Below, in pieces: positions 30,821-47,793 of a DNA stretch of 64,000 bases (position 1 is its first letter; every line of letters starts with the position of its first letter). Origin of the DNA: the human T2T-CHM13v2.0 reference genome, Homo sapiens; NCBI RefSeq assembly GCF_009914755.1, contig NC_060931.1; one strand, written 5' to 3'. The notes under the pieces are model-generated. The model was not told where the DNA came from and ran no database searches. It was given only the letters and a program-made list of their open reading frames with translations. A program made the translations under genes and the position numbers.

Positions 30821-31120
30821 TTTTGTTGTTGTTGTTTTTGAGACAGGGTTGCTCTCTGTCACCCAGGCTGGAGTACAGTAGTGCAATCTCAGCTCACTGC
30901 AGCCTCTGCCTCCCAGTTTCAAGCAATTCTCGTGCCTCAGCCTCCAAGAAGCTGGGATTACAGGCACCTGCCACCATGCCCAGCTAAGTTTTGTATTTTT
31001 AGTAGAGGCGGGGTTTCACCATGTTGCCCAGGCTGGTCTCAAATTCCTGACCACAAGTGATCCGCCTGCCTCAGCCTCCCAAAGTGCTGGGATTACAGGT
31101 GTGAGCCACCACACCCGGCC
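30821..31120 (-). mobile_element. Alu (AluS-type)
   Basis: Reverse dimer with (TTG)n tail; TSD AAAAAAAGAACTTT. Confidence 0.95.
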
Positions 31121-31896
31121 AAAAAAAGAACTTTGGAAAGAAACAACAAATATTCTCTTCCCAAATTTATTCACTTCCTCCTTATCCCAAATGGATCACG
31201 AAGCACACCCGGGGGCCTGTACCTCCACTTTTGAGACCACGGCTCTATTACTTTATCAAGTGGAAGATCCCTGCCCTGGTATCTGGTATTGGTGGTAGAG
31301 ATGAGGACTGGACAGCCTTCCTCCCTCCTGCCCTGCAGGCGCTGTGTCCGCTGCGGGTGTCCTCAGTTCCACGTGCCGTCTGGGGCACTGTTCTCGCCCA
31401 CTCTCAATAAAGAAATCTCTTCCTCAGCACTCCAGGAAGGCAAATATGTAACAAGGAATTTTATTATGAATGAGTGTTACAATAGATCCAGGACTAGAAG
31501 AGAGCATGATCACTATTCCCAGTAATTTGTCTAAAAGGAAAATGCAATCAATGCACCCTGCACCATGGTAACCCTCCACTGTGGGAAAAATCACCTCTGC
31601 CAAAGCTCTGCCCTCTGGACCCTCAAGCTCCTTCACTAACAGCCTCACCATCCACCCACTAGACACTTCCACCCGCTGGACACTTAATTCCTCCTCAAAA
31701 AGTCTTTCCTACCACCCTTCCTGCAACGCAGATGAACGCTGAGAAGAAGAGTTACTAAGCATTCACTCTGTGCAAGGCAGCGTTAGGTATGTTTAAGGGA
31801 TGTGATCTTCACAGCCCTGTGAAGCAGGTGGATCACAGAGTAATTCCCTTTTGCAGATGTGGAAATAAGAACACAGGTGTCTTTATCAGGCTCCCC

Positions 31897-32203
<307 letters not shown>

Positions 32204-32380
32204 TCAGGCTTCCCAGAAGACACAGCTGGAGCTGGAGCAGTTGTGCCAGCCCTTCAGCAGGGAGTGCACCCCAGGGAAGCGAGGTTGATGGAGGGAGGCC
32301 AGCCAGAAGGCGCCAGCACCCAGCCACCCGCTGCAGCAGGCTCTGTATAGCTGCTGTGTCCCCAAGCACTCCTGGGATGG

Positions 32381-32575
32381 GGAGTGCTTCTGTGTCCAAA
32401 TTGCAGCCCCCCACCAAGCCTCAGAACTGCTGGATCAAAACTGCAGGGAAGGAAGGACGGGTACAAAAGCCCATGTGTTGGGGATCTTTTCCTCACAATG
32501 GGAGGGCAGAAGTGGCTCATTTTTCCTTTAGGGGCCTGGCTGAATAAGCCAGGATGCATCCACACAGGGGACAGA
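32381..32575 (+). repeat. Copy 2 of a ~195-bp dispersed direct duplication
   Basis: Highly similar to 27364-27559. Confidence 0.92.
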
Positions 32576-34659
32576 AAACAGTACAGCAGTGGGGTCCTAA
32601 GTCACATCATGCATCAGTGACCCAGGTAAGAAGGAGATGGGAGGCCAGCACTTGTCATGCCGTGCTGCTGGTAAGTGGCACAGGGTCCAGACGCAACTGC
32701 CACGCAATGTCCCTCACCTCCAGAGTCGGGCACTAGGCAGGTCTGGGTGGTGCATCGGCAGGACGTGGGGGGCAGAGGTGTGCTCAGGAGCGTGGGCTCC
32801 ATGTCACAGCCCTGCCCCTGCTCCGGCCACTGCTCTCCTTGCCCGTGGCTGCTTCCAGGTAAACACACAAGATACACTCAGCTTAAACCAGAGGACAGCA
32901 AATGCCACAGCCACTTGGTTTCACCATAACGACCCTGTATTTTATGAAGGCCAGAGTGAGGAAAGGGAAACTGCTTTTCTAGAGGTTCTTTATAGACCCT
33001 TTCTATTAGTTTTCTCAGCCTCAATTAGAAAATTGATGTTCACAGTTACACCAATGCTCCCCATCCAAGAAACCCTGGTCAAGAGACAAGAGGTGCTCTG
33101 TCTCCAGACTGAGGACGTGGCAGGAGAAAGCACCAAAGAAAATCCTGAGCCTGCTGGCGGCCATACTGACACAGGGAATAACACCCCCACCTGTGCACAG
33201 CTTCTCCTTCCCTCTAGCTGAACTTCATCAAGTCAGCAAGTTAAGAAAATACAGAGGCTCTGAAAAGTTCCCAACGGACATGTTTTCAGCTGCGGCCTAT
33301 TTATATGCCCTGAAATGGACTCAGGTTCTAAAGCACCTGTGTTGTTGCATGAGCACTTTTGCCAGGCATAACCTGTGACAGGAGCTGAATCTGGACACCT
33401 GTCTGAGCACACAGGGCTTGGCTGGAGCGAAATAAAATGCACCCTTTTAAGAGGGAAATAGAAGATGTTTACCCTAGAAAGATTTCTTTATACGGCCCAA
33501 ATATAGCAAAACTCAGAGCCAAGACTGGCTCTGAGGTGCTGAATAGTGGTAGTTCCGTTCAAGAAAGATTTCAAAACAAGATCTCCTCCAAAGATGCAAA
33601 TTCTTGGTTAGAGTCCTGAATTTCCTCAATATGCTCATTCATTCACATATCTATGATGTGCCCACTACGTGCCAGGCACTGTTCTCAGGAGCCTCGTGGG
33701 GAAGAGAGGGTAAGGGAACATAGGGTGAATTTTGGCAGAAGACAAAAACATCCGGCTTCCTTACACTTAAATAATTTTTTAAAGACACAATGTTTTTTCA
33801 CTGGATAAACAGATAATGCAAATACAAATATTCCTGGGAGAGACAACATAAATTTAATCACCATCATCAGATGCTACCTTGAGACTGGACTTTAAAGGCA
33901 GAATATTTCTAGAGAAAACAGAGGTGCTAAAAGGAGAAATAATAAATACGGACACTAAAGTTATGCAAAAAGAATTCTGAAAGACCCAAAGGTCTTTTTT
34001 TCAAAATTGACTTGATGGCAATTTGCTCAATAATTACTATGTGCCTAAAATACATTTTATTATTCGACTTAAAAAAAAATCAAAACCAAAAAAAAACAAG
34101 AAATCAGATTTTAGAAATTTGCAAGTATGTATGTTTGTTCCTGGTACATAGTACTGACATATTAACTTATTTTTGTTCAATTTAATTATTCCTATACAGA
34201 CAGTAGGGGGGTCATGAGCTAAGGAGTGTGTACAAGCCAGTCTTCCTCCTCTGCATCAACCTAAATCCTCTACATCCTTTAGGGTCTGCACAGGCCCTGC
34301 TACTCCCAGGAATGCTTGGGACAGGCCGCCAGGCCTGGTGTATCTCCACGCTGGGGAGTCTGTGTATTGTTTCACCAGCCTCAGTGCGTGTCACCTGTCC
34401 ATGGCTGCTTTCTCCATATAATGGCAGGGTTGCGTCGTCACCAGAAACACAGGGCCACAAAGCTGCAAATATCTGCTGATTCCTGACCCACAGGATAAAG
34501 CAGGAAAGCTTGCAGGGCACACCATGCTCTCCTGAACCTAAACCTAGACTGGCTCCTGCTCAATGCACCACTTCATTCCACACTTTCCTCATTGCTTTTT
34601 GTAAACCCACTGGCTGGTCCTTGGAGCTGCTGGGCTACTCCTTAGTAAGCCCCAACACT

Positions 34660-35420
<761 letters not shown>

Positions 35421-36196
35421 CAGTGACAATCAGGGCACATAAATGGTTTCTACTATTGCATGCTTCAGTTCCCTCCGCTCCCTGTTGTTTCATACAAGTA
35501 CACCCCACTCAAGGTATGATTTTTTTCCAGTAGGCTAGATTTTATCCCCATTTTGCAGATTATAACATTGAGCTTGGGTTTTAATAACTTCGCAAGGTCT
35601 CACAATTCATAGTGTATGTTTCATCCCAGGCAGTCCGATTCCAAGAGGCAATCCTCATCAACTACTCTATTATTCTCACTCCAGGGAAGCCAGAACTACA
35701 AAATAGTTAAAATTAGAAGAATCATCAGTATTTATCTCCCTATTTATCACTCCATCATGGGCGACGCAAGAAAAAAATCATTTAAATTTGGAGCTTTAAA
35801 AAGGAAAATTCAGAATATTGGGAACATGCACACTCAGGAAAGAGACTAATCCATGGCTCTTCAAGTTCCAATCTAGATCTGAAAATATCAGTGAAATTGC
35901 GCTTGGACCTCTAAAACACTCAAAGAGGCAAAGGGTTGCACAAATTGGACACACAGGGCCTGAGGCATTTCTTCAAATGATGTTTTTCTGGCATTTCCAC
36001 ACCAAAGCTTGTACTTTGGGAGTCTCCCCATGTCTAAATTAAAGCCCAAGACAAGCCATTGGGCTAAGACATGTAATTCACAATTCTAGGGTCACAATTC
36101 TGCTCTTATCTGCAGGTAAAGACAACTTAATACTACACAAGTCCAGTCATTTCTCCCCCTCTCTATGTCTGCGTTTTCATCTATGGAACACAATAC

Positions 36197-36197
36197 C

Positions 36198-36235
<38 letters not shown>
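36197..36235 (+). repeat. (CAA)13 microsatellite
   Basis: Perfect trinucleotide run. Confidence 0.97.
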
Positions 36236-36293
36236 AAACATCCTTCTCTTAAGGAATAAAAGTCAAATAATAGGGCATTGAAAAGTTACCTCA

Positions 36294-36647
<354 letters not shown>

Positions 36648-38843
36648 TTAATGTATATTCTAGCTTGTTACAAAGGTTATGTGTGGTGAACAGTAGCTAC
36701 CACTATCTAAAATTCCTCATTTACCAAAAAACAAAAACAAACCCATATCTGCAGTGACATTCCTAAGGAAATCATCATTGACATCAGGGAATGAAGCCTT
36801 GAAGCTGACTTACCTTGTGACACCTGCTTCTGCCGTTAGACTGAAAATTAGTCCTCAATAATCAGCTCTTGCCTGTCTGAGTGACTGGACAGCTACATCT
36901 GCAGCATATTTATAGCAGCTGGATCTATCTGGCATTTAAAACTCAAGATTCTAAAAATGAATGACAAGTTCTACCAGAGAGACAAACTAATTTTACCTAT
37001 TTGAAAATAGCTAACTTGCCTAAATTGTTCAATAATTAAATACAATTCCCAAAATACTTAAACACTTCAGTGTTTTGGGAATGCCAACGCCTCATAAAAC
37101 CTATTTTAGGTGTTTATATTTTGAAGTGTCATCGAACCGCCACAGTTCACGTACCCAGTGCTGTTTTCTCTGGTGACGCCAACTCCCCCTGTAGCAGTTG
37201 GGTCCCCCTCACCCATCAAATGCGATCTTCTTCAGTCATCTGTTCTGGGCTCTCCTCCCTTCCCTGTAATGCTCTCCTTAGACCACAGGACATCGTAGCC
37301 TCGAATACCACCATGCTCACAGTTCCCCCCAGTCCATGCCTTAAGTGAGGCCCTCGCTCCCCTTCCCCAGCACAGGACCTGCAGCTGCCAGCTGTGCATC
37401 GCATGGGCCGCCTCCCGCTTCACTCCCCACACGGTAGACACACAGCACTTCAAACTCACACCCAGCCTTGCTGCAACGCCTTCCCTCCCAAACACACCTT
37501 CCCTCCCAAACACACTGCACATGACCCTCACTGCTCGCAGGAGAAGAGCACCCTGTCCTTTGTCCTCCAGTGCTGACTGTATCACCGCCAAAATCTTGAA
37601 TGTGTCCTCCTGGGCATGGTCCTGAGGCAGCTCTAGGTGAGCTCCCCTTCATCTGTTTGTCTCATCAACACAACAGGCTCCTGACTGCATTCCACTTCTT
37701 AGTCTTTGCTTTCAAAGAAACCAGCCAAGCTGACCATTCATTATCCATGAAAGAAGGAAAGAATTGTACCCCACAGAATGGATGTCTGGTGCTGGGCAGA
37801 GAAGACCACTTTTTCACAGATGCAGTGACTTTACTATGGAAGGCTGAGCCTCAGGAGCTCAGCTGAAATACTCTAGCCCATCATTAAGCACACTTTTGTG
37901 CGTAGGCTCAAAATGTCCTTTCCTATTTGTGCAGTGGAGGATTTTCATTCAATAAATGACTTTCATATGAAAACTCCAAGTTCAGGGATGCCATGCCTTG
38001 TACAACAGACGTATTCTAGAAAACAACAGTGTAAGTATTAATTTTTGTAAACCAGTCATGTTTTAAAATATAAGATAGAAGATCAGCATTTGGGAATCTG
38101 AGATACTTTCAGGGTTTTCTGAGATACTTTCAGTAAAAAGAATTCTCTGACAGCAATCATTTGATTTGATTTTTAGGTCTGCATATGTACGCACATGGCT
38201 TTGTCTGAAGTGGGAAACACCGATATTAACAAATTAAAATACAAATCATCTGGCCGTGCAATTCAACTCTTTGCTGCCTGAACCTCCATCTTCCAGGGAG
38301 ACAGAGCAGTGAGAAGCAACAAAGACAGGGCTGAAGAGGACGGCAGAGGCTCAGGACAGGTGAGGGACGCACGTGGAGCCGCTCCATGTTTGTTCTGCTC
38401 TGCACATGAGAGAGAAGGGTCACCCCTGCGGGCTGGAGGGGAGAGGCCCAAGGGCTGGCTGTGGAGGGGACAGTTGCACAGTGTCCAGGCTGCCCTCCTG
38501 CAAAGGACCTGAGGGAGAGGCAAGAACAAGGCTGATTTGTATCCAAATTTTGAGGCACAAGTCCCCTCCATCCTCCTGGTTTTTTCCCTCTGCCAGTAAT
38601 GCTGTGCGAAATTGAAGAAAGTTCTATGTCAAGGTTCAGTACTCCCTTTTTACAACGAGGATTTGTTTTTGATTGCTGGGGAACCACTGCCTCCAGTTCT
38701 GTCTGACAGGGCCTGGCTGTTCTGAGATCCCAGCTCCACGGCCACATGTGGTCACCGCAGCCCATGCAGAGCAGGTCTGGGGGGAATTCTCCCCTGGGTC
38801 TCTCTCAAGGCACCCTCAGCAACAGTGCACTCCAGCTCCACCT

Positions 38844-38935
38844 GCCACCACCACCACCGCCACTGGCATCAGCTGCCACCAGCCACCACCAGCCGCCACC
38901 AACCACCACCAGCCGCCACCAGCCACCACCAGCCG
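38844..38935 (+). repeat. C-rich tandem repeat: (CCA)n followed by ~6.5 copies of 10-bp AGCCRCCACC
   Basis: From 38871: AGCTGCCACC AGCCACCACC AGCCGCCACC AACCACCACC AGCCGCCACC AGCCACCACC AGCCG. Confidence 0.9.
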
Positions 38936-41627
38936 TGACTGCTCTTGTGAGCTCCGCACGCAGCCCACCCAGGAGGCCTGTCCCAACAACGGTGAAAACA
39001 CAGAGCCCAGAAGGCTGGCGATTCCACCTTCCCCTCACAGTGGAAAATCAAGGCCCCTGTCTCCATGCTGATTGATGAGAATGTTTCCACAGCCTGATTA
39101 GGGGCTGTAGGCCTCTCTCTCCCCTGCTTGTTTTCTTTTCCTCTGACCTGCTCTGCTGGGGTTTTGTGAGGTTGTCTGTTTTAATAAAGAAGCCCTTATC
39201 TTCCTTATATTTACTCTTCAATGGAAATGAGCCTCATCCTTTTTCCTACAAAAGCCCTTTGGCTTTTCTAAATGATAAACATTGGGGGAAGAATTGTTTG
39301 AAGAAACAAATATCAAGCTCATAAATGAAAATGTGCACTGAGGCTCTGGGACCATGCAACTTCTTCTGTTTACAATAACACAGGAATTCTAAGGAACCCA
39401 TTTTAATTGGCATTCACAGATATGGGCTGGGTGACAGCACTCATGCACAGCACATTTTGAAGCTGTTCTCAGACATTTCTTAATCCATGAGTAACTGTTT
39501 CAGGGAGGCTGGGGACTGTCGTGGCAGTAAAAGGCAGCAGCACCAAGAGCTATGTAAGTTGGTCCTGCTGTGGCTTCCTGGGAGCCCTGTCCTGGGGTTC
39601 CTTCTGGGAAAGGCGAATGGAACCTGAGCTTCTATGAAAGGAGTCACCCTGTGGAAGCTCCTCCGGCCGGGGACGGGCCATACCCAGGGACTGCACACAG
39701 GTGGCCTTGCCTGCCACAAGCCCTATCCACTGTGGGCTTTCTTGCTTTTCAGGCTTTTCCTTCCCCTCTTGATAATGCCAGTCCTTGTCATTTATCGTTC
39801 AAACCTTCCACAAGCTTTAAGGAACACCTCCAACCCGCCAGGGACTGCACAAGGTGTGGGGGATGAAAGGAGACACAGACACAACCCACTGCCCGCAGTA
39901 AACACTGCCAGGGCTGAGCTGGGGTGGCTGGGAGCTGCAGCTGTGTGGGGCAAAGGGGAGATGTGAACAGGCCTTGCAGAGTGAGCAGGCAGGTAAGAAG
40001 GAAGACACCTCCAGGAGATGGGAGGAAAACCCAAGGGCATTCTGGAAAGCTGGACGCTGGTGTTGGCTGGCCCTTAAGGGTGCCTGGGCCCAGAAAGGGA
40101 AGAGTTCAGAGGTGGCTTTTACCATACAAGGGAGAGGAGTCAGCTGAGGCTCATAAGATTTGACCAGCTAAGAGGTGAAATGTAGGAGAGGGCACCACAG
40201 AAAAGGAGATGCATCTGGGAGCAGCGAACACACAGATGGTGAGGGCCAGAAGACAATGACACAGCCCTCCTGTCCTCACACCAGCTCCACTGAGGCCCCA
40301 TCATCAACCTCTACCAAAGCAGCACCTGGAGGAAAGGATCACAGGCCAGTCATCCTTCCCAGAGCCAGGCCAGGGATGCTCATTGCCAAGGCACAGAACA
40401 AGGCCTTCCCTGTTTCCATGACGGCCACACATGCGCAGGGACCCAAGCCAATGACCGACTAAGTTAAAATGGGCTAGGTCTGCTCTCACGGAAGCCTGAG
40501 GGTGAGTTCATGAATATGTGTGCCTTGCTCTAAGAGAGAAGGTATGTGTGTGCATCTGTGTGTGTGCATGTGTGCATGCAGAAGTGTAAATACACACATG
40601 TGCTTATGAGGGAAGGAGAGAGAGAATAGAGCAAACACACCTGTTAACATCTGTGGCATCTAGCTGAAGACGACGTGGGAATTCTTTGTTATTCCAAAAT
40701 AAAAAGTTAAAAAATATATCTTTAAAAATTGAAGACAGGACTGTTGAGCACACAGTGGTAATCTCTCTCTGATACTTCAGCTCACACGCAGCAAGAGTCG
40801 GTGCCCTCATCCCGCCCACCCGACTTTGGGCTAATTCATGGTGTGTATATTAGACACTAACAAATAGCAAGTTGGACAGCGGGCTAGAGGAAGGGATGGA
40901 CGGGCTGCTAGAGAGATACAAGGGTGGAATACTCTGCCCATTGTAGTTTCTACACTGCCAAATGGAGGTGGTAACAATGCCGCCCCTACAGTGTTGCTAC
41001 AGGGATCCAGCACGGCAGGGCATTGTGAGAGCAGGGGGCACAGAGCCAGGTAAGAACACTCAAGAGGCACAGCAGATGGACAGACAAGTCATGTCACTTG
41101 TAGCCCAGACTCTCTAAATACTTTCTGACCACCCAACAATATTCCCAAGCTGCCTCTGAGGAACTAGCAAGTAAGAGAGGACATATCTGTCAACATCATA
41201 GGGCAGATTCATTTCGTTATTTACTGATCTCTTCTCTGTGCCTGCGTGAAGTACAGCAGAGAGACACAACAAATCAACAGCGGGCCCCTAGGGACGTCTC
41301 AACTACAATCATCTCTCTGAATCATATCTCTGAACTAAAAACATAGTGGCCAGCCTTGAGTGCCAGCTCTGCAAATACTAGAACGCAATACCCGTATCAA
41401 ATGATAAATAAATTTAGAAGCTCCACATTCACAGAGACTCCCACACACATGCACACCAAACAGGGTGAATCTAATCTGGAGATTAGCTGAATTGAGAAGC
41501 CGTCCCAAGGAAGAGCATGCTCAGTGAGAGCCCAGAGCCAGGTGGACAAGGCACCCTCATCTATGATCATGCAGGCCCCTCCTCCCAGCTGCCTGGGGAG
41601 ACAAGCATGCTATATTTAGACAGGATC

Positions 41628-41929
41628 TTTTTTTTTTTTTTTTTTTTTGAGACACAGTCTCACTCTGTCGCCAGGCTGGAGTGCAATGGCGCGATCTCGG
41701 CTCACTGCAACCTCTGCCTCCCATGTTCTAAGTAATTCTCCTGCCTCATCCTCCCAAGTAGCTGGGATTACAGGCGTGTGCCACCACGCCCAGCTAATTT
41801 TGTATTTTTATTAGAGTCGGGGTTTCACCATGTTGGCCAGGCTGGTCTCGAACTCCTGACCTCAGGTGATCTACCCACCTCAGCCTCCCAAAGTGCTGGG
41901 ATTACAGGCGTGAGCCACGGCACCTGGCC
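41628..41929 (-). mobile_element. Alu (AluS-type)
   Basis: Poly-T then reverse dimer; TSD TAGACAGG(A/T)TCTT. Confidence 0.95.
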
Positions 41930-42704
41930 TAGACAGGTTCTTGACTCAAGCCTCCAAATCCAGGCAGTGATAGACCAGCCCCACCATGTGCCCTTCTACC
42001 AAAAGCAAAAATAACAGCACACTTTTTTACAGTATGAAAATGACACCAATCATCTAGAGAACAGGAAAATTAAAATCCCCCAACGTGTAGCATCTGCTTT
42101 TCCAGATGATTTCAGTTTGGAGATAACTGTCAATTACAGGAACAACAAAACTACAAAACACACCCAGCACAATGCACATTGTGACTAATCACAGCACCCA
42201 CGCAGCAGGCGGCAGGTGGCCGGGGAAATGCTTTTCTCCTAAGACACTTGCAGTCCTGTAAGGAGTGATACAGCTGTTGTCATACTCAAATTACCATCAG
42301 GGCCTGCCCTGTGTACTAGTCCTGCACTGACAGTGAATAATCCTATGGCTTGGCTTTCTAAAAACCCAGTGATACACAGAGAGGCTGCCTGACAAATGTA
42401 TGGGAAAGGCGTGGCACACATTTTAAATTCATCATGAAGTTTCAGCATCTTTCAAAGTAGCTACACTAAATCCCTGGTCATAAGGGATATAATCCCAAAA
42501 ATGTATGGAAGAAGCTAATTAAGAGAGCCATGACTAACTACTAAAGACTAAAGGGAATGGGTGGCATTTACTCCATGTACTTCCAACGTGCATTATACTT
42601 TCTTTAATAATTCTGTTTCCTCTTTGTTATTAAATAAATCACCTGAAATTTTTAACTATATTCACCAGGTTCTCCAATTATTTTAATATGAAATCAACTG
42701 GCAC

Positions 42705-43230
42705 ATTTTTCTAAAATAGACTTTTTTCTTTTAGCAGTTTTAAGTTCAAAGCAAAGTTGAGAGGGAGGTGCAGAGATTGCCCGTATTCCCTCTGACCTTA
42801 CACATGCAGAGCCTCCCCGACAACCCACGCCCCACCAGACTGGAACATCTGTTGCCACTGATGAACCTCTGTGGACACATTATTATCACCCAGCGTCCAC
42901 AACCTACATTAAGGTTCACCTGTGGTGTCGCACATTCTGTGGGTTAGGACAAATGTACAATGACACGTATTCATCATCATAGTATCATACAGAGTATTTT
43001 CATTTCCCTAAAAATCCTCTGTTCCTGCTCTTTCCCCCTCCTGACCCCTGGCAACAGCAAACACTGATCTTATCTTGCCTTTTCCAGAATGTCACAGAGT
43101 TGGAATCATACAGCATGTGGCCTTTTCAGATTGGCTTCTTTCACTTGGTAACATGTATTTAAGGTTTTTCCATGTCTTTCTATGGCTTGATGGCTCATTT
43201 CTTTTTAGCATTAAATAATATTCCATTGCC
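42705..43230 (-). mobile_element. L1MC1-like 3' end fragment
   Basis: TTTAGCAGTTTTAAGTTCAAAGCAAAGTTGAG, GATGAACCT..GACACATTATTATCACCCA, CATAGTATCATACAGAGTA, GTTGGAATCATACAG. Confidence 0.8.
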
Positions 43231-46200
43231 TGAATATAACAGGAACATGCACTTTATAAGAAAAATCATTTAGATGGAATAACACATTGTGCCCTCTCTC
43301 CTCCACATAGAGCAGCAAAAAAAATCTGGCCAGAATGCAAGGAACAGCTATTTGATGACTCTGAGAAGTTGGGATTAGAGACCAGAATTCGAAGTACCAC
43401 GAAAACAGCACTCAGTTTAACATTTTTTTTTTCCCAATCCTGGATTCAATGCAGCCTGAAACCTGGGCAGTGGGCAATGGCTTAGACAGAGAGAGCTACA
43501 AGAGAAACCTTCTAGTGCTGGGCTAAAGAGAAGGGAATGGGTCCCCTAATGTTTAATGAGGAGGGAGAATTCTCTATTATGCTCATCTCCCTGCTCCTAT
43601 GAGCCCCAGTCCACAAGCAGTCCTGAGGTGGCAGAGTGGGTGACAGCAACAGTGGCAGCACAGGGACTCGCAAAGCTTCAAACACAAAAAGAGGAAAACT
43701 CTTCTCTCGGATCAGAGGAGCTGTGGTCCCAAGAGGATGGAGTAAACCCCACTGCTTTTTTCTCCTTTCTCTTTTCTGCTGCTGCTTTGCCCCGTCTGTA
43801 GGTGCAGTCACAGGATATGTGCAGCAAAGCAGGGTAAATAAAGCCTAGTTTTCTGGCTGGAGCACAAAAAGGAAAGGTCTAGGGAAGTAGAAAGCACTGA
43901 GACACTTTGGAGAGGGAGGAACAACATAAAGTCATTTGTGAACTCCTGGGTGCGTCCCCAAACTGCACACGTATGGATCTGGTCCTGGGTGGCTTTAAGA
44001 ACTGAACAGACCACCACCCAAGTTCCCAGACTGGCCACCGGTAGCAGAAACATGAGAAGATCTGAAGAGCACTGTACAGACTTTCAAACTTAACTACCAT
44101 TGAAATGACAAGCACAAAGGGCCCAGCAGAAATTTAAACACGAACCCAACTAGGTCAATTGCCAGATTTAAAAATTATATATGTCAACATTCTCCATAAG
44201 CTTTAAATAAGAGCCAGAGTACCATAATGAAATAGTCAAAATGTCTAGGAAATAATAGAGGTTTACAAAATGACTAGGAAATAATACAGGTTATAAAAAT
44301 GCTCTAAGTTAAGGGCAAGAACGCTTGAAATGAATGAAAACTTAGTAAGTCTTGGCAAAGAAATAGAAGATATAACGAAGAAACAAAAGAAAATTTTAGA
44401 TTTGAAAATACAATAACTAAAATGAAAAACTCAAGGAATGGGCTCAACAGCAGACTCACTGACTTTGCATACAGGTCAACAGAAATCATCTAATCTGAAC
44501 AACATAAAGAGAAAGGACTGTAAAAATGAACAGGCATAGGGACCTATGGGGCAATACCAACAGGTCTAATTTTCATGTCAATGGGATCCTAGAAAGAAAG
44601 GAAAAATAATGTGGTACACAAAACATATTTCACAAATTAACAGAAAACTTTTCAAATTTCACAAAACTTCCTGAAAGAAAACAGATTCAAGTAGTTCAGC
44701 AAACCCTATACAGGATGAGTACAAAAAAAGCCCACACTCTGGGACATCATTATCAAAGTGCTTAAAACTAAAAACACGGAAAAAACCTTGAGAATCACCA
44801 AAACAAAGTGACATTTCTTAAATGGAAATAATCTGAATGACTACAGAAACTACAATGGCTAGAATGAAGTCGAAACAACTTTTAAAGTACTGAGATAAAA
44901 AAAAAAAAACTGTAAACCATGTTACTATATCCAGTAAATATATCCTTCAAGTATGACAGTGAAACAAAGATATTCTCAAATGAAGGCAAAGAGAATTCAC
45001 TGCCAGCAGGCCTGTTCTAGAATAATTGTTAAAGTAAGTTCTTCAGATAGAATAGAAATAGTATGGAAAGAAAACTTGGAACATGAGGAGGAACAGACAT
45101 GTTAAACATCTAGGCCAATACATGATTCTTCTTTTTTGAGTTCTTTAAAATGTAGATGTAACACATAACCATGAAGGATACCTATGTAATAGTAAGTTAT
45201 ACTCCACATAAATGGTAAAATACTGATTCTAAGGAGACTGTGAGAAGTTTGATTATTTTAATCCCTAGAAAACCCACGAAAATAAACAAAGGGATATACT
45301 AAAAATCCCAGTAGATACATTAAAATAAGATACTAAAAAATCTCAAACAACTCAAAGATTGGAAAGAAGAAACAAGAATGCAAGTCAGGCAACAAAGAAA
45401 AAAATAGTTAAATGGTTGATCTAAATCCAAAAATATCAGTAGAGATGATAGGCCATTATCCTTCATTTATGCAAATGATTTGATGTAACGTAATAGTTTA
45501 ATATAATTATTTAATGTAAATGGTCTAAACAATCCAACTAAAAGACAGATATTATTTAACTACATGCTATCTTCAAAAAACTCACTTTAAATATGATTAT
45601 GTAGGTGGTTAGAGGTAAACTGATGAAAAACCACACCTACAAATATTACTCAAAAGAAAGCTGGGATGGTTATATTAATATCAAAGTACAGACATCAGAC
45701 AAATCAAAGAAAATTACCAGGGATAAAGAGAGACATTACATAAAAGAGTCAATTCAACAAGAAGATATAACAATCCTAAACTTCAATACACCTGACAATG
45801 AAGCTTTGAAATAGATACAACAACAATGAAATAGATAAAACCACAATTAACTTTTGAGACAATACTCTCTTACAAATCAATACAACTCATACACAGAAAA
45901 TCAACAGGAATATAGAAGAACTCACAAATACAATCAACCAACTTGATTTAATTGACATTACTAGAATTCTACCCAACTGTACCAGAAAATACATTGTTTT
46001 CAACAGCAAATAGAACACTAACCAAGATAGACAATCTCCTGGGACATAAAACAAACCTTACCAAATATAAAAAAAAAAAATTACAAGGCATACAAAAGTA
46101 TGTTCTCTAACCATACTGAAATTAGACCGGAAATCAGTAACAAAGATAACCATAAAATCTATAAACACTTGGAAATGTAATCATATATGACTACAGAATG

Positions 46201-46727
46201 CATGGAGAAAGAGAACTCTGAGGGACTTGAGCATACAGCTTTTAAAAATCATGACTGGTGGGATGATGATAAAGAAGTGCTTAGAAGGAAATGTAGAGCA
46301 TTAACTGCGTATATAAGAGAGGAAAATTCTCAAACTAATCATTTAAACCTCCATTTAAATCAAATTTGAAAAAGTAGAGCAAAACAAACCCAAATCATAT
46401 ACAAGGAAATTGCTGAAACAGAAAAAAGGCAATAGAAAACAATGACCACAAAAGATTTTTTATAATAAATCTGAGAAACCTATAAAAAGAATGACAAAGA
46501 AGAGAGAAGACACTAATTACTAACATGAGGAATAAAAAAGAAGATATCACTACAGAGACCACAGACAATACAAGAATAATAAGGGAATGCTATGAACATA
46601 TCTACACACATAAATTCAGCAACTTTAAATGACACAGATCAATTTCTCAAAAATCACTACCAACATACACTCATTAAAGATTAAATAGATAATTCAAATG
46701 TACCCATTTAAAAATTTGAATCTGTAG

Positions 46728-47033
<306 letters not shown>

Positions 47034-47252
47034 AAATCTGTAGCTTAAGAACATTATGAAAAAAGAAATTTTTAGACCCAGGTGGTTTCACTGGCCAATT
47101 TTACTAAGCATTTAAAATGAAAAACAAAAAATGAAAAAACACCAATAACATCAGACAGACACATCACAAGAAAACTATACACAAATATCTCTCATGAATA
47201 CAGATGCAAAATTCCTCAAAAAAATAGAATCTAGCAATATATAAAAAGAATA

Positions 47253-47615
<363 letters not shown>

Positions 47616-47793
47616 TCAATATTTGAAAATCAGTTCATGTAATTCACCATACTGACAGTTTAAAGAAGAAAAATCACATGCGTGTATCAATCAAAGCAAA
47701 GACAAGCATTTGATATAATTCAGTATCAACAAGTCTCAGTAAATTAGAAATAAAAAAAAAAAACTTCCTAAGCCTATTAAACTATAGCTATAA

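Noticed and set aside
32637-33221. 194-aa plus-strand ORF
   Set aside because: No domain or homology recognised; consistent with a chance ORF in GC-richer DNA
38226-39090. Stack of overlapping ORFs with Pro/Thr/His- or Gly/Trp-rich tracts
   Set aside because: Artefact of the stop-free CCA/10-mer tandem repeat
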